A DNA stretch of 63,975 nt, filler included, from Bigelowiella natans CCMP2755 (GCA_000320545.1; 6 parts of 6 records of this genome joined end to end with filler, not necessarily neighbours in it), one strand, 5' to 3'. Shown: positions 14,150 to 28,873, counted from the first letter of the whole stretch. The notes: a model not told the origin generated them from the sequence alone. Program-made: numbers and translations.

Positions 14150-15115
14150 TAGCTGCTTCCTGGAAGGTATCAGAGCCTTGGAAGATCAAGAATCATCGTG
14201 AAATGAAAGAAAAGGCGTGGATGTTGCTCATTCGGAGAGTGATGGAGAACACCGCATAAAGCAGCAGCAGTGTACAGCATCGTTGCCATCGTGTTTCATC
14301 ATCATCATCATCATACGTAGCGAGATTGTCAAGAAGAAGCGGGGGGAGAATATAGAGATATGCTTGATTTCATGCCAACCTGTCCTAGGAGACGTTCTAA
14401 GTATTGAACCGATTTAGATCTCCAGTACGTGCGGTGTTGGGGTGGAATAGGCCATGATACCCTGTAATACACGGCAATCATAGAAACAACAACAAACAAT
14501 TTAAGAAGAAGAAGGTGATGATGATGATGATGATGAAGAAGAAGAAGAAGTACTGATACTACTACATCATTGATGGTTGCGCAACAGCAAGAACACCAAC
14601 GATTGATTCAAGCACTGAGTCATGCACAAGGATGGGAGAAGAGCATTATCATTCTTTTAGCCATTATGATTCCTATTATAATCATCTATGTGAAGAATTA
14701 TCCTGGCAGCAAGCAGACAGCATGAATGACGAAACTAACACTGACACTAGAAGTCATTCACCCACTCACAACCTTAGTAAACGACGATCAGAAACTGCTT
14801 GGACACAAACAAAGGAATAGGAGGACGACGAGGAAGAAGTAGACGATGATGAGCAGGAAGAGCAATTCCTCGTCATGCTATCCTGCCTTGTGCTGCTGCT
14901 GCTAGTCTGGTCGTCATTAAACGGAGAGTCAAACGTCACCAGCTCACTGCTCATTTCTGTTGTCCTCTTCCCACCATTGGAACCTCGAAGAGGAGGAGGA
15001 GAAGAGCTATCGTCATTGGACGAAGGCGAGGAGGACCGAGCACACTTGGAAGGCACCTTTGAATTACCGGCAAACCAGCATACATACATACATACGTAGT
15101 AGTAGTATTATTAGT

Positions 15116-15163
<48 letters not shown>

Positions 15164-15447
15164 GGAAGAAGAACAAGTAGTAGTAGTAGTAGTAGTAGTA
15201 GTAATAGTAGAAAACAAGCAGGATAAGCTGAAAGAGGCGGAGGAGAGGAGGATGCAAGGGAGTAGGGAAGGAGAGGCATCATACCTGTTGAAATAAGGCT
15301 GTAACAAGATCTTGCAGTTCTTTAGTTGACTCCTTTCCAACGATTGCTAGCTTCATATTTCTAGCACAGTAATAGTTCTTATGCAGCTCCCTGAATATCA
15401 GCATATTTCAATTAAATGTCCGAAGAAGTTGCTATCCCTCTTCATCG

Positions 15448-15479
<32 letters not shown>

Positions 15480-16122
15480 TTATTTGTTTTCTTCTTGTTG
15501 TCTCTCTTCTTTCTTTTCTGCTCTTATTACTTATAGAAGAAACGTCTCTTTCCTACTTCTATTACCTTAATCCAGCTAAGGTTCTATTCGAATTTGACAT
15601 TAGTGTCTGATCAGGTAGTGGTAATACTACGGATTAATTCTTCTTCCAACCACACCACCACCACCACCATCTTCCAACCCTTGATTATCATCACCATCAT
15701 CATCATCACCACCATCATATTCTTCTTCCTCCTCTTCTCTCACCTCAAGATTTCCTGTGCTAAATCTTGAATACGGGTGTGATTTACGAGCAAGGCTTTT
15801 CAACACCTATAAGATTAATAATATCAAATCATCCATCTTCGTTGCTCACATAGCGAATCCCCGCCCCCCTCCCTTTCCCCCCCCCCTCTCTCCTTCCCTT
15901 CTCATGTGACTTTGTGAGTTTCATTTTCATTTTCTCTCCGATCTGATACTCCCTACGCATGCATTTACTTGATTTTGCTGCTGCTGCTGCTGCTGCTATT
16001 GCACATGAAATAAGATAAAATACCTGCTCCTCCCTCCAAATATCAGCTTGTATGTTCTTCGCATGCTCTGAGTTGACGGCATTGGCCTTGATTCCCCACA
16101 ACAGAAGAAACACGTATACGCA

Positions 16123-16157
<35 letters not shown>

Positions 16158-17271
16158 AAGCAAATGAGGAAGAATGATGGAAACAGGACAGAGTACGTGT
16201 ACTATCACAACACGAGATAAGAAGTAAAGTAATTATCTTTTCCTAATGTCCTACAACACATTCTTCAATTATCTTCATAGCGCTTGTACTTAAAAAACAA
16301 AATAAACACTACTGCGTCTTCTTAGTAGCAGATTATTACGTAATGTAGTCTACACATAATGGTGTAAATTACTCATGCTAAGAAACAACAACAACAGCAA
16401 CAACAACAATATCAATATATAATTCCTGATTTGCTGCATTTCTACCACCTCTCTTTCCATTGAGTCACGATTTATCAACGGATCTACGAAGAATCTTGAG
16501 AATCTGTCTAATGATGCATGAAGATCTGATGGATTCACGGCGAAGTAGAAATTGGTGTGTTCCGACGCTGTGAACGCATTCGATGCTCCTACACACAATA
16601 GTAATAAAGCATATTATTAGAAATGCGACGTGTGTGATCTACAGTTAGTCGATATGATGATGATGAAGATGATGATGATGTTCCACGTTGTTGTCGCCGT
16701 TGTTACCTTGATGACTCGCCAGAAAACTGCTATATTCATCCTCTTGTGGATACTAGACGATGATAACCATAATACTACCCTCAGTCATCATTATAATATC
16801 GATCATTATATCGTACACACTCCTCCTACTGCACCTTTTCAGTCACAAGCACACGCACTCACACTGATCATATACTCGTTGCAATGCTACATTTCTGGTT
16901 CCTTCCTTTCTTTTTACCTTCTTAGACCCCATAAAAAGCATGTGTTCCAAGAAGTGTGCAAGCCCAAGCAGATCAGGCGGGTCGTCGAAGCTGCTCATTT
17001 GTGTTAATGTTGATAGGAGAAGAATGCACTTATTGATAGATTGGCGGAGGAGGAGGAGGAGGAGGACTAATGACAACAAAGATCAGCTGCTGCTGTTGCT
17101 GATGGTGGTGGTGGTAGTAGTTTTTGTACACCTTCCGACTTTGACATCAATGGCAGCTGCAGCCGCATTTGTAGCTGGATCAGAAACAGCAAGGTATTCC
17201 AGGCCATTTTCAAGGACTCCGGAGGCGTATCTTCAATCAATAATTCAACATCAACGATAGAAAGGAAAAAT

Positions 17272-17312
<41 letters not shown>

Positions 17313-17316
17313 TACC

Positions 17317-17357
<41 letters not shown>

Positions 17358-17821
17358 TCCATCTTTTCGGTGAATGAATTAGTTATAGAATACACATTTC
17401 CCAATGGTCGTTCATGCCATACTTCCTATCGTCAAAATTGCTCTTTTCGATTGGGAAGGATGCGGTGAATAGGTCCTTCTTTTCTTTGTAGCTGTTATTG
17501 TCGCTATGTGAAGCGCCACTATCACTTGAGAATGTTTGAGAATCTCCGACAACGGGAGGAGACAATTCCTAGAGCATAGCAACATTCAATTAATATGCAG
17601 AGAAACTGAGATCAGACGGGGGGAAAGCGAGGGAGGGGTAGCAGAAATACCATGAAGGAATCGTCCGCATTAGAAATAATTCCCGGGTTTATCCTACGGC
17701 GCATCATCCTTATTGCCTTATTCGGGAGATATGGCCCATCGCTAATCATAGCATTTGCAATGCTGAATGACGACACCAATGAGAGGAGGAGAAGGAGGAG
17801 GCGCGACTGAAAAAACGCCAT
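9675..17821 (-). CDS. Insulysin/pitrilysin-like M16A zinc metallopeptidase with signal peptide; 3' end lost in the gap
   Basis: MAFFQSRLLLLLLSLVSSFSIANA leader; exons IEKSNFDDRKY, LENGLEYLAVSDP...IDVKVGS, FDDPPDLLGLAHFLEHMLFMGSKK (HxxEH), SNAFTASEHTNFYF..LDRFSRFFVDPL, AVNSEHAKN; later exon DRFQVIKDRTLRYYQNMKYQQP. Confidence 0.93.
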
Positions 17822-17937
17822 TGTTCTATCGATCCACAATCCTTACAGATTATTGTTGTATCCTGAGGTTGATGTCTAATATTATGAATCTCTCAGGTGC
17901 ATGCCCCCCTCCGCGTCCTCTCCTTGCTTCGAGGAAA

Positions 17938-18595
17938 ATGAGGCAGCAGACACGAGTTTTTGAAAATTCAAAAACTATTGTAGTGACGGTCGATGCGAGA
18001 GAGCAAGTGGTTACACGAGGAGCGACAACCTCATATTCATGTCGTACGTTACATATTTCCCCATTGTTGCATTCGTTCACCTCTATTTATCATATCGTCA
18101 TCCCTTTCTGATTGCTTTGACTATTAATTAATGTTGTACGAGTGTTGCCGATTATTATCGGTCTATTTATCATGAGCGACAAGCACTTCTTGCGCTTGGA
18201 TCCTAGTAAATGTCTACGTTTCCGAATTACGTCTTGAGGCAGTAGGAATATCGTCCAAGGAGAAGAGGAAGGAGGGGGGGAAGGGGAGAGACAAAAGCAG
18301 GAGTAGAACGGACTTTTGTTCCTCCTCCTCCTCTCTTCAAAGGGAGGGCTGAGTGCTTTCGATCCTTCTCTGATCCAGCAGATTGCAGCAGCATCAATGT
18401 CCAACCCTACCAGCACAACCACAGCTACTCATCATCCTCCACTCTTGACGAGAAGCTTTTACTACACGTTTACATTCTTCTTCGTTGTAGGGCTTGCGCT
18501 GTCGCAAGTTACCTCCCGCTCAGAATCGGCTCTGATATGGGGAAACAATCCTGACTACTACACAGGGACAACAGTCTCTCCTCCGCCTACCGTAG

Positions 18596-18626
<31 letters not shown>

Positions 18627-19143
18627 CGACAATCATTCTCAAAGTTCTGCTGATGCACGCCCAGCAATGGTAGCACATTCTCCATTCAATGGATCCAAGG
18701 CAATCGTTCAAATCTTTGACCGCCACATGGTAAGTAAGTGGCAACGACGAGAATGAATAACATTTGTATGTACTCTTGCAAATAAGCATTCCAACTGTGC
18801 TGCTGCTGCTGCTGCCACCGCTGGACATCATCATGTCTCGTCATCTATACTCAGGAAGACTACATTTATTCCATTGTATCGACCCACAGAGCTATCAAAG
18901 TAATACCATCGAATAGATGCTGTACTACATCTTATCCCCCCTCCTCCTCACTCCACACACGTAGTCTATTTCTTTGTCACGATGTATTATCACGCTCCAA
19001 CGATAACATACAACAATAACACATCTCTCGTTTGTGCAGGACCTAAAGCTAGACCATTCTATACAACATGTCGTCGTATATAAGGTCTTTATTTATATGT
19101 TATAGTCAGCATATCATTCCTACCATCGTAGTATTATAGCCTT

Positions 19144-19175
<32 letters not shown>

Positions 19176-19236
19176 TCAAATTATATATTTTGTTTGTCGG
19201 CATCTTTTGATATAACTACCGCATTTAGTTGTTTGC

Positions 19237-19271
<35 letters not shown>

Positions 19272-20200
19272 ATTACCTTGTTCTTGAACAAATATCAGCA
19301 CCAACATTAACTTCATGAAATATACACTCATTTATCCATACATACGATCAACATCCATCACACAGGAGGCACCCTCGAATTTTGACATAAAAGATCGGAC
19401 AACATACGGTAGTCGCTGTACTAGTATAACATAAACGAAATACTGGATTCTAGGGAATTGCCTGTTGCAATAGTCATGTTTGATATGATGTGATATGGGA
19501 TGAATTATAAGTGTAACAACAACGATAACAACAACAACAACATCATCTACCACTCCAAATACTCGGATATCTTCTTCTTATTTGATTCGTTATTATTAGG
19601 GGAAATGCTAGAAATTAGAGATTGCCTTACAATCCTCAATCTGCTGAACATCACCGTCTTGACGTACTCGGACGTATGTACTACTTATATCGTTATCACC
19701 ACGATCAACATGGAGATTATTGTTGTTCTTAGTATTATTGTTACAATTGTTATGTGATCTTCACAAACACAACAGCAGTGTGTAAAACATATGATATGAT
19801 TGAATTCAGAATAAGGCTTTTACTGAGATAGGCAAAATATCTTCTAAAAAACCGAGTGACGTCAAAACCCACCTAGAATCCATCTTCAAGGTACTGCTTC
19901 TACTCTCCCTCTCTCTCTGTTGTTGTTTGATGAATACAGTACATACAGACTTATTATATTATGATGATGATGATGATAATGATGATGTGTTAATATGTGT
20001 TGTCAAAGTGTGCATTAAAGCGTTCCAAATTCAATTTGTGCTTGGGATGATGAAGTAACCATCTCTATTGCTTTATTCTTCTTCTTTCTTTTCTTCTTTA
20101 GGATAATCATCTAGAAAGATTTCTTGCCAAGATATATGTATTCAATCTCACGATGGTATTGCTACCTAGTTGTTGTTGTGATCATTATTATAAGTTGTAG

Positions 20201-20234
<34 letters not shown>

Positions 20235-20302
20235 GTTGTTGCTGTTGATAGTCATATCGTGATATCTCTTCTTACGTTCACCATCACTTACCTTGCTCAA
20301 AA

Positions 20303-20338
<36 letters not shown>

Positions 20339-20950
20339 CGAAACCGTCCTTGATTTGAATGCAAGAGCAGCTCACTCACACGTAATAATGATATGATGTT
20401 AATACTATCTGCTCTCTCTTCTTCTTCTTCTTCTTCTTCTTCGCATGATAACCAACCAACCTAGTTTGACCGGATTCTGTTCTTGGACAATGATATCATC
20501 CCTTTGCTTAACTTTGAAGATCTCTTCCATGTTCCAATGGTAGGTAGTAGGAATCTTATAGGAATGATCATGCGCCTCTGCGAACATCATTATAACAACA
20601 ACAACAATATATGTATGTAGTATATTGACCATTATATCCTTCCTCCTCCTCCCATATTATTATCTCCAACAACTGACTTTATGTTTGCACTACTACTTCT
20701 ACTTTTGAATCATCATCAGACTCCTGCGTGTGCCGCAGATGTTGCGAGCGGAATGGTGCTCAACACGGGTAGTAATAACACCTCCTTAAAAGGGAGGAAG
20801 AAAAGGAAAATGATGATGATGATAATGATAATGATAATGATGATCCAACCAGCAATACCTTATCTCTATTTCTGGTAATGGTGTTAGTGTATTCTGTTGA
20901 TGATAATTCACCATTTTTAGGCGTCATGGTTATCGACCCCAGCCGAGAGA
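17938..20950 (+). CDS. GT8-family (glycogenin-like) glycosyltransferase, probable type II membrane protein; 3' end lost in the gap, start uncertain
   Basis: Spliced exons give LAKIYVFNLTM|FDRILFLDNDIIPLLNFEDLFHVP (DxD motif) and VLNTGVMVIDPS, typical GT8 motifs; hydrophobic LPIIIGLFIM near the N-terminus. Confidence 0.82.
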
Positions 20951-20957
20951 TGTAATC

Positions 20958-20991
<34 letters not shown>

Positions 20992-21091
20992 NNNNNNNNN
21001 NNNNNNNNNNNNNNNNNNNNNNNNNNNNNNNNNNNTTAATTAATTAANNNNNNNNNNNNNNNNNNNNNNNNNNNNNNNNNNNNNNNNNNNN
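20992..21091. other. Artificial gap/linker
   Basis: 44 N + TTAATTAATTAA + 44 N. Confidence 0.97.
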
Positions 21092-21164
21092 GATGCGAAG
21101 AGGATGATAATGCCTCTGATGACGGCGATGATGATGATGATGATGATGATTAGAGTGCTTGCTG

Positions 21165-21198
<34 letters not shown>

Positions 21199-21274
21199 TT
21201 CATATGTAGATACATGCACACACCCACACACACACACACACACACATCGACGCACAAAAAAACACACTTTGCAG

Positions 21275-21318
21275 GGATCGATGACATCGTTGGGCAGCTT
21301 GCCGAAATCTGAGGTTTG

Positions 21319-21351
<33 letters not shown>

Positions 21352-21979
21352 TATATACATATATTATATGTTGTACGTATACATACCACACCATTTCTAA
21401 GTCTATTCGTCTTTCCCACAGATCGAGGCATGCCACGCGTTGATGGAATTTAATTCAAACCTCATACGTGATGCCAGAGACGAAATACTTGCCGTCAAGG
21501 TGAGTGTAAGCGAGAAACCGAGCCTAACAGAAGTGGACAGGGGAATGAACACTTTTGACGAATATAAATTGTAATAGACGGAGAGAGCTCCTATTCTTCT
21601 CTTTATCGTTTTATTTATTTATTTTTTTAAAATCTCATTTGTTGTTCGATGTGCCTTGAAGACTTCACGCTGTGTTGGCCAACAGCAATGTCTGTCTTTT
21701 CAGAATGTGCGCTAATGTGCGCTTCATCGTATACTCGATAAGTTCTTCTTTTGTTTGATGAGATGTGTGTATATGTGTGTGTGTGTGTATTTGTGTGTGT
21801 GTGTGCGCGCGCGCGCGCTCTCAGAAGCAGCCAGTGAAAGGAGACGATGAACGTAATAAGCACGGGCTGGGGAGGGACCTTCTTATGTTGCTTTCTCTTC
21901 AATGATGATGACGATGATGATGATGATGATGATGATGATAAAATCATTGAAGGTCAAAATAATGCATTGGAACGCAAAT

Positions 21980-22054
<75 letters not shown>

Positions 22055-22210
22055 ACATATATATACACACACAACTTTCCCCCTTCCCTAATAGACCCTC
22101 TCGTCGATAGCGAGCTCCTAACAAAATCCGAAAGCAAAGTCATTCCAAGCATCTACAAATTAGTCCAGGTATGTAACTGGGGTGGCCAATTGCGCGCGAG
22201 CGCACACATA

Positions 22211-22255
<45 letters not shown>

Positions 22256-22446
22256 AAACACTTCTGATAGACGGGGTATGCGGTCGCTCGCCGGACAAGC
22301 ATATTCACCAAGTACATGGCTGCTGCGGAAAGCAGTGATAACGACAAAGAGAAGGAGGGGGAGGGGGAGGGGGCAGATCAGAAGTCCTCCCAAACAACGG
22401 ATGAAAAGGTAACATTTCAATAAGCGATTCTAGCGGTGTGTGTTCA

Positions 22447-22485
<39 letters not shown>

Positions 22486-22808
22486 TCCCCCCTCCTCCCC
22501 CCCGTCTCCTTTCTACAAACATACCAATCCGTCTCGAAAGACATATACCACAAATTATGCGCGCTGGTGAGGGTGCTGTCTTAAATTGCGCACGAACTCT
22601 CCTCTCTGCGTGTATTAAAAAAAAACAGAAGCAATGTGCATGGTTGGAGCGTCATGTCCAGGTGATATGCGCTGCTGCTGATGATGCTGATGATGCTGAT
22701 GGTGGTGATGATAAGGATGATGATGATGGAGGAAAGATGGAAGTGCTTACGGGTGTCCTTGGAATAGTGTTAATATACGATATATTTATTTATTGACGTG
22801 TGCAAGAA

Positions 22809-22866
<58 letters not shown>

Positions 22867-23210
22867 TGTGTGTTGATGATGCTCCTTACTTTCCTTACAC
22901 AGCTGTGCGTCGAGATGTCGGAGGAAATAGACGAAATGTAAGTCTAATGGGAACAAACATGCTGTATACGAAGAATCGAGTGTTTGCAGCTTTCTCCAAG
23001 CACGCACACACGCGCACACGCACGCAAACCCACACATACGAGCAACACAGAAATCCAAAATGCGATGCATGACATGTACAATCAATATAGATATCACGCA
23101 TGCCAATATCATCCCCTCCATCTCCACAGGTGTTCGGACGCATACCCCCCCCAAAACAGAGAGGTAGTACCGCATGGACTCGAATCGCACATGTATTACA
23201 ACCCATATTC

Positions 23211-23268
<58 letters not shown>

Positions 23269-23286
23269 CAATATATATCATATATG

Positions 23287-23323
<37 letters not shown>

Positions 23324-23564
23324 TTTATATGTTCATTTGCGTATGTGCGACGCGCGCGCGCGCACGTCCTTTCGTGCATTATTAACTTCCTATTCTCCTG
23401 CAGAGTATTCGTCTCCACGCACAGAAGCTCGGGTCTCTTATAAATGACTCTATCAAGGTGGGAACATGATGCAAAATGCACACAGCTATCTACCGACTGA
23501 ACGTCCTGTTATGGCTGCCAAGCGGCATGAAGGCTAGAGAATGCGTTTTGTGCTTGCATGTACG

Positions 23565-23604
<40 letters not shown>

Positions 23605-23986
23605 TGCGAAAGTATATGCGTATTGCCGATTCCTGGCTACCTTCTTTTTGCAGTTTCGCCGTTCATTGCTATTGTTGTTGTTGTTCTCGTCGCATAATTC
23701 GAAAAGGGCCTAAGTAGCCATGACCAGTTTAAGTCCTTGCCTCCAGCCAAAGGTGTCGCACTGACAGGGATACCTTAGGGAGGGCAGGGAGGGAGGGGGG
23801 GGGGTGACTGATTATAGCATGTGTGAGTTGGTTTTATGTACAACCTGATATGTCATGTTATGATTTTGCCATAAACTAGACGGAAAGACCTCGGAGGAAT
23901 GGGTGGCCTATGCATCGAAAGCGGTAGAGTGCTAGGGTAGGGAGGAGGAGGGGTAGATCCAAGGAGAGGATCAGGCATTTGTTATT

Positions 23987-24025
<39 letters not shown>

Positions 24026-24130
24026 AATATATTATGTGTAGAAAGGGCAGGATTATACGCACTATTTTGGTTGTTGTAGGCGGCTTTGTTTCTGAAGGAC
24101 GTGATGGGCCACACCGCCGAGAAGAAGTGA
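21275..24130 (+). CDS. CCNDBP1: GCIP / cyclin-D1-binding protein 1-like, 3' portion (5' lost in the gap)
   Basis: Exons: LGSLPKSE|IEACHALMEFNSNLIRDARDEI, acidic DDE, KVIPSIYKLVQ, LCVEMSEEIDEMCSDAYPPQNRE|SIRLHAQKL, EEWVAYASKA|AALFLKDVMGHTAEKK* (TGA 24128-24130). Resembles GCIP motifs lvkDAxeE and vDxlxxxLYPP. Confidence 0.68.
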
Positions 24131-24234
24131 AAAGAACCCCCAACGCAGCCAACAAAGAAGACCTACCTTGATCTGATGGTCTGTTAATTGTTGTTACGTT
24201 CCCGTTCACTTTCAATACGAGAGTTGTTCGATTC

Positions 24235-25511
24235 ATGTGTGCTCACGGCAGCAGCAGCATGAGATGCTGACAAGGCCAACATGACTTAGCCGTCTTGTGA
24301 AAAGTTTCATTGTGGATCGACCAGAATAGCAGCGCATGTTTGACAATGCGCAGTGCTGCGATCGCGACTGCGTGCATGCGCACGCTAGCACGTGTATCGT
24401 GTGATTGCATTGCACAGTGGTGTGCACGAGCCACAACGTCATCATCTGACCCATTCCTCTGTGCCGCGTTTCATCTAATCTAGCAATGCGCAGTCTAGCA
24501 GTGCTTGTGGCCATCGCCTGGGACGTCTTCGTTTTGCATTTTGGTGTCAAACAAACAAGCGACGTCCATTTTTGTTTTTCCTTTGGCAAGGAACGTGATC
24601 ACAGCAGGCTCCTCTTGTCACGTAGGCCACGTGTGTCGAAGGAGGCTGCTCTCAGTGAGATGTCCCTTGCAAAGGGGGGAGGCGCGCGCGGCGGCGACGT
24701 TTGCGCGTTGCCTTCCCGTGGTACTCCCGTCAGGGGGAGGATTTCCCCTCCGACTTGCGCTTGTCGGTGGGGAACAAATGACAACCCTTGAATTGAGGTC
24801 GTTCTGTTTGGCTTTTTGGGGAACTTTCTCGCACAGTTGAAGGCATCATTGGATTTGCAATGCGATCACTGTGCGATTGCCCCTGACAGCCTGTCGGAAT
24901 GGCATCCCTTGCGACAGATTGAGTTGGACACCTTTGCTTTCAACCGCGACAGCGAACGAATGACCTTGTCCCTGACTTGGAGTTCATTCTCGGATGAGAA
25001 GAACAATGAGAACAATGAACAATGATGAAAAACTGCACTTCCAAAGTGTGGCAAGACACTTGCAGTGCATGAAATGCAGTGCATCGAACTAGGTTCAGTG
25101 AGGACTGACTAGCAAACTGGCGGGGATCACGCAAATTGGAACGATCTAAGCATTGAAAAGCATCACAACTAGCAGCCAAATGACGACGACGCAAGGCATC
25201 AATCCTGAGCAGGAACTTCCTGACAGCTACGCCCACACGGAGATCAACGTTGGGGACAACCAAGGGGGCACCGAGCAAGACTTTGGAAGATGGCAATGGC
25301 CTTTGTGTTCGCCGGTGGGGTGGTTTCCGGTTCAACTTCGCTCGAAGGTGGAGTCGGGGGCAATTTCGTGGGCGCATGCTCTTTTGTTGGGTTTGGCCAA
25401 AAATTGTTTTCGTAGCATCGAAAAGGATCCCGTTCTTCGCAACCGCACTTCCGTCAACCAAAGTTCATCCCGACCGTCATCATCATCGACAGGCGTGGCA
25501 TTCAAGCAACC
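24235..25511. other. TpA-depleted intergenic block 1
   Basis: About 8 TA in 24500-25530 by eye, none in about 24730-25085; overlapping Tyr-poor spurious ORFs on both strands. Confidence 0.85.
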
Positions 25512-28500
25512 ATGAATGAGAACAGGGGCGGAAAGAATCTGGACAAAGCCATGGCTGAAAGCACGGCTACCATTCAAGGGCTAGAAACTATGAGTTTGGA
25601 TTCGAACAATGAGAATGGAAATGAAGGCAAGGCTAGAAGCACGGCCTTTATGGACGTAGAGAAAAAAAGTACTTGGCACGGAAAAGTAGTAGGAGGAAAA
25701 TATAAGCTGTCAGAAAGGTTTTTATCATAATCGCAGTCTTACAACCGCAGCTTACCTCGACACCAACTTTTTTTGGACGTGCTCCCCCCCAATCTCGCCT
25801 CACAGGAAAGGTGAAGGCGCTTATGGTTCGGTCTTCGTGGCTAAAACAACGGGGAAGGAGCTTCAGACGCATGCTGTGTACAAAAGATGCCCATCAAACC
25901 AAAACAGAAAATCATGCGCATACTAAAACAGAGGGAAGAAATCAGAAAGCAGAATCACTAATTTGACAACAGCCTGAATCAATATTCTTGTTCCTACAGG
26001 AAGATAGTAGAGCTCAGTAAAGGAACAAGGTACTTTCTTTAACGTGAAAATCCACTGCATTTTCGAAATAGCACACCCAACCCAAAACCCTAATCAGACT
26101 AAGGGAGGAAATGAAAGCTATGAAAGAGTTGAAGGAATGCCCTTACACAGTAATGATCCCGAAGAGAGACATACATATTCTTGCAAGAAATTCTTCACAC
26201 CAAGTTATCAAAACAGGTCAACCTTATAGAAGACGAAGCTATTTACTTCGACTTCAAAGATGGCACCACGGAACCAACGGTGAAACAATGAAATCAAACA
26301 TAATCTTCTCCCGATGGTCATACGTCGACGTTGAATAACAGTCAGTAATCTTCCCCTCTCCCTCCTCGATGTTTTATATAGAAAGCAGCGATTGTAATGG
26401 AGTATTGCAGCAAAGGACAGCTTTATGACTACCTATACCACTTTAAGGAGCCTAGGTGCTACCTCTTCTTCTTCTACTACTACTACTACTACTACTACTA
26501 CACTACTACTTTACCATCTGCTTTTCAAGTGTTTCCTATATTTCATTTCTGCCTGACCACTCTTACTTTGATTTATCATGTAAGCTATACTTCCCCCCTT
26601 TCTACTTCATATTGTCTGCATTTTAGGCTTGTTAGGTTTTACTTTGGACAGATGATCGCAGCCCTCGAAGCTATGGAGGAAAAAAAAATGACTCATTGGT
26701 AACACGTAGGCTTTACAATATCGCTAAAATGTCATATATTGGAAATAAGTTAGTAGGTAGAAGGAAGTCGTCGATAAGATTTACGAATTGACATTACATT
26801 TTATGAAGCTGTTCTTATCTTAGCGGATGCGAATAAGTGCATCGTAAGTCCAACATAAATAGATGCAAGTTTATTATAAATAAAAACAACTCCTCACTCA
26901 CTCCCTCGTTCGAAATCTATGAGATTCTGCCCACATACCATATTTCAGCGATCTGAAACCGGTAAACATCGTGTTAGCCGAAACTGGACAACTAAATGTC
27001 ATTGACTTCGGGTAAGTAGAAGCACTATTGTTTCTTTGTTCCGATGTATAGGAGAAGTAGCGCAAAGCTTTGCTTTTTATTAAGAATTATCTGTATTATC
27101 CATGAAAATATGTCGTCATTGTCGATGTTGAAAAAAAGAACTGAATATCTTCCTTTACCATGTAGTACATAAATTACTAATAGCCGTTTGTGCAAGTGGG
27201 GAAGCCCGCAGTAAGATGACGGTTTAATTGTAGCCCGAGAGATGATAATCTGGCTGTTGTTTCTGAATTGTTACAAGCATGTAAGCATGCGAATCCTTAA
27301 CGGAAGAAGCCTCCAGTATCGAAAAGAAGACAGAATTCCCCTGCCTACGACATAGAATAGTCTATCAGAGCTTAAATTCATTCCACATGTGTTTGTGATT
27401 GAAAATATATATATGTCGAAGACTTTGTGTATTTGGCGAGGAGGCAATACAAAGATGCGGCACTCCGGGGTCCTGTTTTCACTCACTTAGCAATTCGCAT
27501 TATGTGTTAACGTGTGGGGGATAAGAGGAGGAGTAAGGGGGTGGAATTAGTTTAAACATATCGGTGATAAACATCGGCGGTGTTAATACAAGAATAAAGA
27601 ACATAATCCATGATCGCTTCCATCCTTAGCTATATGGCCCCAGAAGTTAGCATTTTATCCAAGTGCGAAACTACAGCCCGTAGCAGCAAAGTTGATATCT
27701 ACAGCGCAGGGGTTGTTGATTATGCATAATCTCTTGTAGCTTCTCATCATCGATCATTGTGATCAAAATCGCTGCAGCTTCTGAGAGTCTTTTCTCCTCC
27801 TTCTACGGAAGTTGTCTGTCTCCTTTAATACTGTCGAGAATATCTCAGCAAGACCTGAACATGATTCGATGTTGCTTACACACTCATCAGGTTGTCCTTT
27901 TTGAGATGCTATACGGTTTCCCTCCTTGGCCACCATTACCAAAGGATAAAAGCAAAGCTCCTCCAGAAGTAGAAAGATGTCCTGGCATTAATGAAGAAAA
28001 CAAAAGGGTAACTAGCTCAGCTTTGTGTTAGCTTCCAAAATGAAACTATTGTGCGAGTAAGGAAGTGTGCAGCAGTGAATAATAGTTGCGTTCGGCAAAC
28101 GCAGTGGTGGATTTCTACACTGTTCAAAAGTCGTCGTATGTTTTGCGCAGGATTTCTGGAAAAGACAGACACAATATTTCGATCACCTGATGGGTAGAGG
28201 AGTTTTGGTGGAGCAAGAGTTAAAGGGACGCGCCCAGGAGCTGCTGACACAGCTTAGGGAAGACAATCGGTAATGCAAGTGACTTCAAAAAAGTGATGGA
28301 TGCTGCACGGAACCTGCGACAGCATGGGAACTCGCCTATAAATATGATTTTGCGACACATGGCTGGCCTTGTTGTGGAGTTCAAACAAATCTCATTTGCA
28401 TTCTCAATGATTCACGATTTCGCATCAAAATTTGAGTCATTCCTGCGAGGGGGGACAGGGGAGCTGTGTGTAATGATGGTGCTCGCAACTTCTTGGCGAT

Positions 28501-28832
28501 GCGGATTGCTGCACAACCGCGACAACTTAAATCTTGAATTTATACTTCTTTGACATTTAGTGGTCACATTATTAATTTATTTAAGTGTATTTTCGATCCG
28601 TTTAGTTATCCATTTATTCTCCGGGTAAATGGGGCAAAGTCTGTGCCTTGCTACAGCTATGGGTAAGTTTCATGATAGCAGGATACAGAAATGAGACGAA
28701 GATCAAATACACGAAAAGAATGACTTATCACAGAAAGAAGACGCAGATCAGATTCACGAACAGTATGACTGTGATGACGATGACGATAGCGATACATACA
28801 CTCTCCCACATTAGCGAGACTGAAAGGGGGGG

Positions 28833-28873
<41 letters not shown>

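Noticed and set aside
24940-25461. 173-aa ORF and other overlapping ORFs in TpA-poor blocks (also 32359-32889)
   Set aside because: Loss of TA removes TAA and most TAG stops and Tyr codons, producing spurious Tyr-free ORFs on both strands; no recognisable domain.
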